Below, piece by piece: positions 1 to 9,018 of a DNA stretch of 64,000 nt. The stretch is from Candidatus Aphodosoma sp. (GTDB lineage Bacteria; Bacteroidota; Bacteroidia; Bacteroidales; Paludibacteraceae), in contig JAZOUT010000087.1 in the NCBI GenBank assembly GCA_045658305.1, forward strand, positions 1,046 to 65,045, given 5' to 3'. Within the stretch, counting starts at the first letter, position 1; each line of letters starts with the position of its first letter. The notes under the pieces were generated by a model. That model did not search any database. It was given only the letters and a program-made list of their open reading frames with translations, and was not told the DNA's origin. A program made the translations under genes and the position numbers.

Positions 1-3000
1 GTTCCCCAACATATTGTATCAACAATAGTTGTTGTTTGAGGTTCTATTACATTCAATGCAAGTGTTACGATAGAGTCACAACCATTTTTAGAAGTGAATT
101 TTTGTCTATAAACACCTGTTTGCATCAAACCTGTGAAACCATTTTCGTTGTAAACATTACCAGCACAGATTGCAGCATCAATATCAGTTTCAGGAGCATC
201 AGCTACATTGAGGTTCAATACGAGCAATGTATCAGAATTTTCTGAATTAAGTTGCCATTTAGAGAATTTGTTTTCACCAAGTTTAGTGTTGCTTGACAAT
301 ACAAAGAAGTCGTTGTCTTCGAAGTCGCAGAACTCACATGTTGTAGCTTGATACTCTTTAGTTGCATACTTGTTAATATGAACATTGTCAAGGTGAGCAT
401 CAATAGCTTGAGTACCACCATAGTAGAAGAGAACTTGAATATTTTTACCTTTATATTTATTCAAATCAATAGAATATTCTTTACCGCGATGAGGTATTTC
501 AAGGAAATTATATTCAGGGTTCATCATAGAAGCATTAGACTTCCATAAAGTAACATCTTCACGATTATAATAATAACCTTTTTCAGTATCGACAATCACT
601 ACCGCAAATATCATAATAGTATCACCTACCGACATTGAGAAATCGACTGGATTATTATTGCCTTTTTCGGTCAATCCCAAGTCGAATGACAAGTGTTGGT
701 CAGCTGTTTCGTCCAATTCGATTACTGGAGATATTGCCCACATCATAGATGTCGAACTTGTAGTAGAAGTAGTTGCAACCATGTGTTTTGATGCAAATTT
801 ACCATCTGCGAACAATGCTGGTTTAAGTTTCCAACCCCAAGTATTTCCCGAACCAGGAACACCTGGAGAAACTATAGTTGAACCCTTAACGAAATTATCA
901 AAAGAAGGGTTGAATGAGTGCAACCAATTTGCTGGGTAATGAGTTGGTTCCTCTGCAAATTCACTATCATAGCAAACACCTGTTGGAGTTACAAACTCTA
1001 TAGTACGAGAATAAACAGATTTATCCAAATCAGAGCAGAGTACTCTTGCTCTCAAATAATATTCAGTAAGTGGTTGCAAACCTGTCACTGTAAATGGATT
1101 GGTATTGAATGTATCGCGCGATACAACATTTGCAAAGTTTTCGTCAGTAGCTACCTCAACCTCAACAGTAGGAACACCTTCATAAGCATAACTTATAGTA
1201 ATAAGAGATTCTCCCACTTTATCAATCTTCATCATCTCAGGAGCTGGACATTCAGGAATTTCTTCAACTGAGATATCGTCGAGATACATGTGGAGATTTT
1301 TCAATGCAGTTGTAGTACCATAATGCTCGTAACGGAATGCAATATATTTACCTTTAGCATTTGCCAACGAAACAACAGCACGGTGCCAACCTTTATCGCC
1401 ACTAGGGTCTTTTTGTTTGAGGTTTTGTGAAGAAGAATAATCAGTACCGCGATAAGGATATTGAACTGTATCGAGAGGCACAAATGTAGTTGCATCGTTA
1501 GGGTCTGTCATAGTTCCGACAGTAATCTGACGAGATTGGTTGTCGAGAGCCATAGTCGAAGAGAACTGACCAGGATAATAATTTGTGATATACTCAACTG
1601 TTGCAGATGCTTCATATGAAGCAAAACCTCTCATATGGAATACCAAACGTTTATTTTCGAAATCGCCAGCATAAGGCAATGCAACTGTAGCACCAGCAAC
1701 GCTAGTTGATCTTGAGCCAAACCACAACGAACGTTTACCTGTGCGACCATATTTATAAAGGCTTCCATTTCTAAGTGAATCTTGTGCTATTTGAGGTTGG
1801 TAAGCAGCATAAGATTTAGAGAATTTAGCTATACTTGATGTAGAAGTAGTAGAGCGAGTCAACCATTTATGGAACAAAGTAGTGACGTTGTTATAAGTTT
1901 TATCACCATTAAATTCCCACATATGGCCATCAGTATAAGAAGGATAATATACCAAATCTTCTTCTTCGAAACTGAATACATAACCAGTAGGAACAGAAAG
2001 ATCGGTAGTAAACTCTACAGGATTAGCCCAGAAGTTATACTGGCCTGAACAAGTAGGACGAACATAAACATAATATTTTGTAGCATCCGCCAAACCTGTA
2101 ATAGTAGTTTTAGTAGTAGAAGCAGTTCCAACATAAGCTTTTTGAGCATCAGTTGCAGTGTTAGGGTCTACTTTGTCATTAAGCACAACCACATCGTAGC
2201 TTGTCACTGTATTGTCAGCACAATTCCAGCTCAAAGAGACCGAATTAGTTGAGAAACTATCTACTTTCACATCAGTTACATAAGGACACTCGCTCTTAAC
2301 GATAGACAAGTTGTCGATAACCGCAGCACGATAACCGTCAGTTGCAGTCTCAGCTTTAGTACCACCATAGAATAAGAACATGAGCATATAAGTACCAGCC
2401 AACTCTTCTGTGATTGTCACATTAGCAGTTTGGTGTTGCCATTGTTGTTCGAGAGGCAAAGACAAGTCAGTACCACATAAAGCACCATGAGTTTTTTCGC
2501 CAAAAGTGTGATAAACAGACAAATCAAACCAATCAGTAGGTATGTTTGACACAAGAGGATCGATGTATGATATTGATATAGTACGTCCTTCTTGAGTTTT
2601 GAAGCCAGTACCCGATGTCATAGTTACAGTTGAAGGCACCAAAAGAACACGGCAAAGGTTGCTTTCGAACATAGCTTGAGAAGTAGTAAGCCTTGGCTTA
2701 CCAGGAGCAATCCAATCGTAAGAGAACTGATAATTACCAGCTTCGAGTGTAATATAGCGATAAGTATTTACACCACCAGTTTTGTTATCAGAAGTAGCAT
2801 TAGTTCCATCATTGTAAGAGTAATAGAGGGCATTGTCAGTTGAATTTTTCTTGTCAGCAACAAGACTATCTACGTCGACACCCATATACCAGCCACGAGA
2901 AGATGATCTTTTATGTTTCCAATTTGCATTTTCAACAGCATCGCTAAAGTCGTTGTTGTAAGGGAATTCAGAAATGAGCGATGGCAATGTTGTGTATTTT

Positions 3001-6000
3001 CCAACATATACCCACTTAGATGCATCTTGCTCAGTACATAATGCTCTCACATACACATCGTATGGCACTTCAGAATATAAAGAGTCAATCTTAAATTGAG
3101 TGCCAGTGAATGAGAGTGTTTTAGCACTAGGATGTATTGCGTTAGTATTAAGATCTTCTAATAAGCCCGCCATAGCATATACAGCCTCATATCCAATAGC
3201 TCCATCATGAGTGAATGACAATTCAATAGAACGGTCGGTGATGTTTTCAGTTACAAATGAATTTGGCACGTAACAAGAAGGGATATAATCCACCACAACA
3301 TTATCAATATAGATTACTGTATATGGATATTGAGGATAGATTGTTGCAGTAAGATTTGCATCGACCTTAAATCCAATGTGTTTAGAATTGCCAGTATATT
3401 TAGACAAATCTATTCTGAAATAAGCCCAATTAGCTCTCATTTCAGGTGTAATTATAATAGTATCGAGAGGCTCGAATGTAGCTTCGATATTGTTAGGATC
3501 GCTAACGAAACCGACAATAAATGGTAGAGGTTGATCAGGGAAAGATGAAACAGGAGCAGAAGTGTAAGCTCTAAATTCTAAGTAACAATCGCTTAGTTTA
3601 TCAACTTTCAACTTAGGAGTTACCAAATAAGTGCGAGTTGAGCCAGTGTTATTTCCTATCAAATAAGCACTATATTTACCACCTGTCACTGAAGAAGCAG
3701 AAAGGGTTGGATAAGTTTTCAATTGAGATTCACTTTGAACATAATAGCCATACCAATCGTGAGGCAATGCTCCATAAGAAGCAGAATAAGGATTGCTTTC
3801 AAAATCATCTTTGAAAGGAATGCTTCTCTCTAATGAATCGGCAGGATATGCAGAAAGCACGAGTTTCCAATCTTGACATGTGTTATCTACAGTAGAACGA
3901 GCAAAGAAGAAGTACTCTTTGTGATTTTGCAAGCCATCGATAGTAATAATATTAGATGTACCAACTTCAGATGGATAAGTATTCAATGTATCGTTGTTGA
4001 AATCATTGTTAGTTGTAGTTGCACTTGTAGAAACTTTAACTTCGTAAGAAGCAGGAGCCTCATCAAATTTGATAGTAACCGAAGAAGGAGTTACTGCCTC
4101 TACATGACCTTTGAAACGAGGGCAACTATCAATTAATTCAAGTGAGATATCATCAAGATAAATATTATTACGAACATCAAAGTTGCTATAGAATGCTACA
4201 AATTTACCTGTATCGCCATTAAGGTCACATACATATTTGTCTAAATAAACCTCATATGGATAAGGACTGTAGTGTATATTCTCTATAGTTTCGATTGGTG
4301 TGAATGTCGACATGTCGTAAGGGTTTGTAACCACACCAACAATAACAGAGCGAGCATAGTCGTTTGAACCAGAACCTGTGTACATGTAAGATGTGGTAGT
4401 AAACGCTTTAAACATAACTTTGTATTTGTTGATATTGTCGATATCCATACTTGGTGTAACAATATATGTACCATTGATGTTTGGTTGACCTGTTGTCAAC
4501 ACAGCACCATTGGTAGAAGAGAGCAACAATACTTGACCATAGTTACTAAGCGATACTACTTTAACATAATTTACGAGAGTATTGGTTGATTGGTATACAC
4601 CACTTGTTTTTCCAGCAAACCAGCAATCAGGAATTTGACCAGATGTATCATCTGTGAAATTAGCAAAGAATGTTTCTGGCGATGTTGCAGGACAGTAAGT
4701 ACTGAATGTATAAGCGTCAGAGTAGTCGGTGTAGATACCTGAACAGAACGACTTCATATAGACATAATATTCTTTATTAATTGTGAGTTCTGTTAGTTTA
4801 TAATTTTTAGCACCAACGATAGTATCGACAGAGATAATAGATGCAGCATGAGCAAAGTTAGGCAAATTACCTGCTACGTAATCATCCAAATCAATCAAAT
4901 CAGTGAATGCCAATGCTTTGTCAGTTACAATAGAGATAAACTCATTAGCATCTGATTTCCAATTGAGTTGAGCCGAATTAGGAGTTACGTCAGAAGCGTA
5001 GATATCGTAAGGGATATCGCATGGAGCAGCAATATTAACCTCGATATTGTCGATATAAACACTATCGGTATTAGTACCACAAATATATTCGCTACCCTTT
5101 TCAGGAGAAGATGTATACTTATCTGTTTCGCGGATAGCGATGTGTTTACCATTGCCTGTGTAGTCATCGAATTTAACAAGAATACGTTCCCAAGTTTTTT
5201 CTTTCGAAGGTTTAACAAGAGCAACTTGTTCGAATGTATTAATATCCATAGGGTCGGTCATAACACCAACTGCAAGCTCTTGAGCATTCCAATAAGTCGA
5301 AGAATTCTTCAAAGAATAGAGACGGAATGTGATTTGCAAAGAATCGATAGGTTTATCGAGTTGAGGCAAAGCCACATAGTAGCGACTAGAAGAATTATAT
5401 TTTTTGCAGACAGGCAAAGAATTTTCGCCATTGTAAGCAACAGAATTAGTTACGTATGGATAGTAATATTTGTTTTTGTAGTTACTTGTTGCATTAGGAA
5501 TGTTACGAGTCCATTGTTTTGTAATCATACATTCTACAGCAAAACCATCCCAAACGTTGCTACCAATAGCAGTAACATCATCGAAATCTTGAGTATAAGG
5601 CACAGAGTGAACTGCAGGACAGAAAGTTTCGAACGAATTAGGCATAGTCCAATCGGCAGCAACACCACCACATACTGGTTGCAACCAGTAGTAATATGTT
5701 TGGTTAGGATATTGCAAGCCTGTGACTACGGCTTTAGGCTCAGTTACTTTACCTTCGAATGCAAATTCGAAATCTTCGTTTATACCAAATTGATTTTTAT
5801 CATATTCGGTAGTAGCCACTTTGACATTCCATTCTGTAACACCATTAGCAGCCCATGTGATTGTAGCTTTAGAAGGGTCGTTTACATCAACCTCAGCAGC
5901 AATTTCAGATGGAGATTTGCAATCTACAGATTTAGCAAATGTCACATTGTCGACATGGATTTTGTTGGTATAAGTAGTTACGCTTGTGTGAGTATATTCA

Positions 6001-8240
6001 AACTCATTTACTTTAATAGCAAAGAAATTACCTTTAGCCTCTGGATACAAAGAGAAGTCATATTCATAGTAAGTATACTCTTCGAAGCTTGGTTCGATTG
6101 TGTCGATAGCGATGAACGAATTGATATCGTTGGCATCGGTCATAATACCAATAGCTGCTTTCGATTTATAATTGTTTTGGTTTGAAGCAGAATTTGGGTC
6201 TAGACTTTTAGAAGACATACGACCAACTGCATAGAACGAAACTTTAGTTTTCGACATATCCACCTCAGGGAATACTGCAATAGTAGTAGCTTTGTAAGGC
6301 CAATAACAACCAATTTGGAAATCAGTTTTACTAATAGGCTCAGCCATACGATAGCTAGCACCAGCCCAGTCGAGAGAGTCGACAAGTTTGAATGTAGATG
6401 AAAGATATGTACAGAGAGGTTTAATTACCTTAGGTAGAGTAACAGATGAAGAAGAATAGCCGTTTATATCAAGAGATACTTTAGAGATATTTTCGAAATC
6501 CATTACATAAGGCAATGTATTGTAATCTAAACGAGAAGGCATTTCGACGTAACGAGGATAATTCCATCTGCCTTTTTTGTCGCCTTTGACACCACGAACA
6601 TAAACATAATATCTTGAATCAGGAGTTAAATCTTCGATAGAACCCAAGTCAGAGATGTTATGTTTAGAGTAATAACCTAAAGTATCAGGGAAATCGCTAT
6701 CACGATCGATTGTATATTCAGATGAAGTGAGGATAATTTCGTAAGAATCGAAAGTTTGTTCGAAATCGAATTTCATTGTAGATGCAGTAGGCATCATGAT
6801 GTCGAATTGAACATTTTCTTTTTCGTCGCGAGGTTCGATGATGAGATTTTCGATAGTAAAGTGGTTTGATTTCGAGAAATCAGACATGAACGCGATATAT
6901 TTACCATCGCCAGTATAGTCTTCGAACGTAACAGTGAAATCTTCGTAAATGTAAGGACGGTCGTTGATGATAGTTTTAACTGGAACGAAAGTTGAGCGGT
7001 CTTCAGGGTCGGTCATAACACCAACTATGATACCAAATTGGTCTGCTACATAACGATTATAAATGAAAGATTCGAAAGAAATTTGCAAATCTTTTATATT
7101 ACCTTTGATTTCAGGAGTTGCAGCATAAGCCCAAACGCCAGCAGGCAAAGAACCTGAATAACATTGAGGTGTTAGTTTGCCACTTGATAAATAGTAAGTA
7201 AATACCATACTTGCAGTACCATTGTAAGAGCCACCATATTTCCAGTCAGAACCATAGGCATTTACATAAGGTTTGTACTCTGGAGAAGATGCAGCATAAT
7301 ACCAACCATCAAGAAATGCTAATTGACCTTTTTTAGAATCGTCGGCTGGGAGGTCGAAAGTAATAGTATCAGGAATATTAAAGATGTTGGCTGTTTTAAA
7401 TTCGATAGAAGCCCATCCTGAGATTTCGTGTTCGCATTGAGATCTTACATAGCAATAGTATTTTGTGCCTTGGGTAAGACCCTCGAAATCCATAGAAACG
7501 CCATCAGTTGTAGTATCGCAAACCAATTCAGTTGCTGATGATTCGAGTTCGGCTGCAGAGAGCGTATCTTTTGAAAGTTTTACATAGAAATACTCAGCAT
7601 CGAACGAACCCATCCAGTTAACTGTGATAGAGTTGTTAGTTACGTTTGATGTGTAAAGATCTTCTGGGTTGAAACAGCTTGGAGTAGAACGGATGATAAC
7701 ATCGTCGATAACAACACCACGACCCAAGTTATCTGCAGCTTCGAATGCAATTTGGCAATAAGAAGCAGAAGGCAAGAAGATCGTGTCGCGTTGCCATCTT
7801 GCGATGTAGTTGTCGTAAGCTGTCAAAGTTTTCCACTCGCCATCGGCTGATGTACGACACAATACGCGAAGAGAGTCGAAGTCGCCACTCCACTTGTCTT
7901 GAGCGTGAGAGAAAACAAGGATAGGTTGGAACAAAGAAGCCACCTCAACAGGAGGTAATACTAAACGAGTAACTGCTTTGTTAGTCACGCCTGAAGTGTT
8001 GCGGAAAGCAACACGTGCAAGACTGTCGGCAGCACCATTAGGATAGGTGAGATTTTGACTCTCTACTACCCAATTGACTTGACCAGAAACATTTTCTTGT
8101 TTCCAGTCGGCTGGAATACCTTTTTCGAAACTTTCGTCAATACGGATACCATAAGCAGGGTCGACATACTGAGCGAAAAGAGCGAAAGGCAAAAAGAGCA
8201 TTGCTATAAAAGCAATCATTTTTTGAAAATCTCTTTTCAT
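1..8240 (-). CDS. Giant secreted surface protein, 5' end complete and 3' end beyond the window (>2,746 aa). Built from repeated beta-sandwich (choice-of-anchor-J/MAM-like) plus Fn3-like modules. Paralog of 9019..19575.
   Basis: ATG at 8240-8238 (rc) reads MKRDFQKMIAFIAMLFLPFALFAQ (signal peptide), then FEKGIPADWKQENVSGQVNWV and YYCYVRSQCEHEISGWASIEFKT. The track has no complete ORF ending at 8240, so that frame must stay open to the window edge; all minus ORFs listed in 1-8240 are in another frame. Hand translation of 1-130 gives GCDSIVTLALNVIEPQTTTIVDTICWG, matching the Cys-repeat stalk of the neighbour. I did not check every codon. Confidence 0.85.
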   Translation of the reverse strand, partial: MKRDFQKMIAFIAMLFLPFALFAQYVDPAYGIRIDESFEKGIPADWKQENVSGQVNWVVESQNLTYPNGAADSLARVAFRNTSGVTNKAVTRLVLPPVEVASLFQPILVFSHAQDKWSGDFDSLRVLCRTSADGEWKTLTAYDNYIARWQRDTIFLPSASYCQIAFEAADNLGRGVVIDDVIIRSTPSCFNPEDLYTSNVTNNSITVNWMGSFDAEYFYVKLSKDTLSAAELESSATELVCDTTTDGVSMDFEGLTQGTKYYCYVRSQCEHEISGWASIEFKTANIFNIPDTITFDLPADDSKKGQLAFLDGWYYAASSPEYKPYVNAYGSDWKYGGSYNGTASMVFTYYLSSGKLTPQCYSGSLPAGVWAYAATPEIKGNIKDLQISFESFIYNRYVADQFGIIVGVMTDPEDRSTFVPVKTIINDRPYIYEDFTVTFEDYTGDGKYIAFMSDFSKSNHFTIENLIIEPRDEKENVQFDIMMPTASTMKFDFEQTFDSYEIILTSSEYTIDRDSDFPDTLGYYSKHNISDLGSIEDLTPDSRYYVYVRGVKGDKKGRWNYPRYVEMPSRLDYNTLPYVMDFENISKVSLDINGYSSSSVTLPKVIKPLCTYLSSTFKLVDSLDWAGASYRMAEPISKTDFQIGCYWPYKATTIAVFPEVDMSKTKVSFYAVGRMSSKSLDPNSASNQNNYKSKAAIGIMTDANDINSFIAIDTIEPSFEEYTYYEYDFSLYPEAKGNFFAIKVNEFEYTHTSVTTYTNKIHVDNVTFAKSVDCKSPSEIAAEVDVNDPSKATITWAANGVTEWNVKVATTEYDKNQFGINEDFEFAFEGKVTEPKAVVTGLQYPNQTYYYWLQPVCGGVAADWTMPNSFETFCPAVHSVPYTQDFDDVTAIGSNVWDGFAVECMITKQWTRNIPNATSNYKNKYYYPYVTNSVAYNGENSLPVCKKYNSSSRYYVALPQLDKPIDSLQITFRLYSLKNSSTYWNAQELAVGVMTDPMDINTFEQVALVKPSKEKTWERILVKFDDYTGNGKHIAIRETDKYTSSPEKGSEYICGTNTDSVYIDNIEVNIAAPCDIPYDIYASDVTPNSAQLNWKSDANEFISIVTDKALAFTDLIDLDDYVAGNLPNFAHAASIISVDTIVGAKNYKLTELTINKEYYVYMKSFCSGIYTDYSDAYTFSTYCPATSPETFFANFTDDTSGQIPDCWFAGKTSGVYQSTNTLVNYVKVVSLSNYGQVLLLSSTNGAVLTTGQPNINGTYIVTPSMDIDNINKYKVMFKAFTTTSYMYTGSGSNDYARSVIVGVVTNPYDMSTFTPIETIENIHYSPYPYEVYLDKYVCDLNGDTGKFVAFYSNFDVRNNIYLDDISLELIDSCPRFKGHVEAVTPSSVTIKFDEAPASYEVKVSTSATTTNNDFNNDTLNTYPSEVGTSNIITIDGLQNHKEYFFFARSTVDNTCQDWKLVLSAYPADSLERSIPFKDDFESNPYSASYGALPHDWYGYYVQSESQLKTYPTLSASSVTGGKYSAYLIGNNTGSTRTYLVTPKLKVDKLSDCYLEFRAYTSAPVSSFPDQPLPFIVGFVSDPNNIEATFEPLDTIIITPEMRANWAYFRIDLSKYTGNSKHIGFKVDANLTATIYPQYPYTVIYIDNVVVDYIPSCYVPNSFVTENITDRSIELSFTHDGAIGYEAVYAMAGLLEDLNTNAIHPSAKTLSFTGTQFKIDSLYSEVPYDVYVRALCTEQDASKWVYVGKYTTLPSLISEFPYNNDFSDAVENANWKHKRSSSRGWYMGVDVDSLVADKKNSTDNALYYSYNDGTNATSDNKTGGVNTYRYITLEAGNYQFSYDWIAPGKPRLTTSQAMFESNLCRVLLVPSTVTMTSGTGFKTQEGRTISISYIDPLVSNIPTDWFDLSVYHTFGEKTHGALCGTDLSLPLEQQWQHQTANVTITEELAGTYMLMFLFYGGTKAETATDGYRAAVIDNLSIVKSECPYVTDVKVDSFSTNSVSLSWNCADNTVTSYDVVVLNDKVDPNTATDAQKAYVGTASTTKTTITGLADATKYYVYVRPTCSGQYNFWANPVEFTTDLSVPTGYVFSFEEEDLVYYPSYTDGHMWEFNGDKTYNNVTTLFHKWLTRSTTSTSSIAKFSKSYAAYQPQIAQDSLRNGSLYKYGRTGKRSLWFGSRSTSVAGATVALPYAGDFENKRLVFHMRGFASYEASATVEYITNYYPGQFSSTMALDNQSRQITVGTMTDPNDATTFVPLDTVQYPYRGTDYSSSQNLKQKDPSGDKGWHRAVVSLANAKGKYIAFRYEHYGTTTALKNLHMYLDDISVEEIPECPAPEMMKIDKVGESLITISYAYEGVPTVEVEVATDENFANVVSRDTFNTNPFTVTGLQPLTEYYLRARVLCSDLDKSVYSRTIEFVTPTGVCYDSEFAEEPTHYPANWLHSFNPSFDNFVKGSTIVSPGVPGSGNTWGWKLKPALFADGKFASKHMVATTSTTSSTSMMWAISPVIELDETADQHLSFDLGLTEKGNNNPVDFSMSVGDTIMIFAVVIVDTEKGYYYNREDVTLWKSNASMMNPEYNFLEIPHRGKEYSIDLNKYKGKNIQVLFYYGGTQAIDAHLDNVHINKYATKEYQATTCEFCDFEDNDFFVLSSNTKLGENKFSKWQLNSENSDTLLVLNLNVADAPETDIDAAICAGNVYNENGFTGLMQTGVYRQKFTSKNGCDSIVTLALNVIEPQTTTIVDTICWG

Positions 8241-8481
8241 AGTTGATAGATTAAGTTAAACAATGTATTAATAATAAAAAAAATAAGTCCAAAAAGCAAA
8301 AAAAATAATAATAAATCACAAATCAACAAATGTCATATACATTATGTATAATGTGTAAAGCTTTCTTTAATAAGCAAATAACGCCCAATAAACACAACTC
8401 ACAAAATGAGGGATAAAGATACAAAAATATTCAACAAATTCCAAATTTTATTTTACCTATTTTTATTTTATTCTTCAAACA

Positions 8482-8489
8482 CAAAGATA
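8482..8489 (-). promoter_or_regulatory. Candidate Bacteroidetes -7 promoter motif (TATCTTTG on minus strand) for the giant gene starting at 8240
   Basis: The plus strand reads caaagata, whose rc is TATCTTTG and matches TAnnTTTG. It lies about 240 nt upstream of the ATG, an unusually long leader. Confidence 0.3.
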
Positions 8490-8648
8490 TAAATAGTAAC
8501 AATTATAAACCACAATGCGCAATATTTTTATATTTTAAAAGCAAATATAAACATATATCTTAATAAAAAGAATTAAAAAATGTAAAATAATAAAAAATGT
8601 AACTTTAATAATAAAAAAAAGACAGGTTATCAATCTACAATGTCTATT

Positions 8649-8702
8649 TTATGTGAGTTTGATATAATTTTATGGCTCAACGGAAGGCACGGATGATAGA
8701 GA
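8649..8702 (+). repeat. Left copy of a ~50-bp imperfect direct repeat flanking 11-mer array A
   Basis: ttatgtgagtttgatataatttt...ggcacggatgatagag here compares with ttaatgtgagttcgatatattttt...cacacggatgacacggatacc at 8899-8949. Confidence 0.5.
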
Positions 8703-8788
8703 TTAGCTCTAACGTTTTATATCGAACTGACATTAATTTACCTTAAATTTTCTCAAACGTTTATCATAGATGATTATACAGATTGTTT

Positions 8789-8876
8789 TATAATATATTT
8801 ATAGTATGTTTATAGTATATTTATCCTATATTTATAATATATTTATAATATATTTATCATATGTTGTAGTATAAGA
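8789..8876 (+). repeat. 11-bp tandem array A (7 units plus 1 degenerate)
   Basis: tataatatatt tatagtatgtt tatagtatatt tatcctatatt tataatatatt tataatatatt tatcatatgtt gtagtataaga, with exact 11-nt phasing read from the sequence. Confidence 0.9.
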
Positions 8877-8898
8877 GAAGTTGGGGTTCTTCGTTAGT

Positions 8899-8949
8899 TT
8901 AATGTGAGTTCGATATATTTTTTTATTGCACACGGATGACACGGATACC
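8899..8949 (+). repeat. Right copy of the direct repeat flanking array A
   Basis: See 8649..8702. It contains a tandem 9-mer, cacggatga cacggatac. Confidence 0.5.
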
Positions 8950-8962
8950 AGTTGAAATAAAT

Positions 8963-9001
8963 AAAAAAGGCTGAGTCAGATAATTCTTCTCAGCCTTTTT
9001 A
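8963..9001. terminator. Bidirectional Rho-independent terminator downstream of 9019..19575
   Basis: Stem ggctgag (8969-8975) pairs with ctcagcc (8989-8995). An A-run precedes it and a T-run follows. Confidence 0.8.
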
Positions 9002-9018
9002 TTTTATGTTATAGTTGA

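Noticed and set aside
4968-6185. 405-aa plus-strand ORF, plus other plus-strand ORFs between 36 and 8246
   Set aside because: It lies antisense to the open minus-strand frame of the giant protein. The translation is low-complexity and rich in I/F/R/C with no recognisable domain, so it is a shadow ORF.
8789-8876. Whether the 11-mer arrays (all six loci) could be CRISPR arrays
   Set aside because: The units are contiguous with no spacers and only 11 bp long, and no cas genes are present. They are tandem mini-repeats, not CRISPR.
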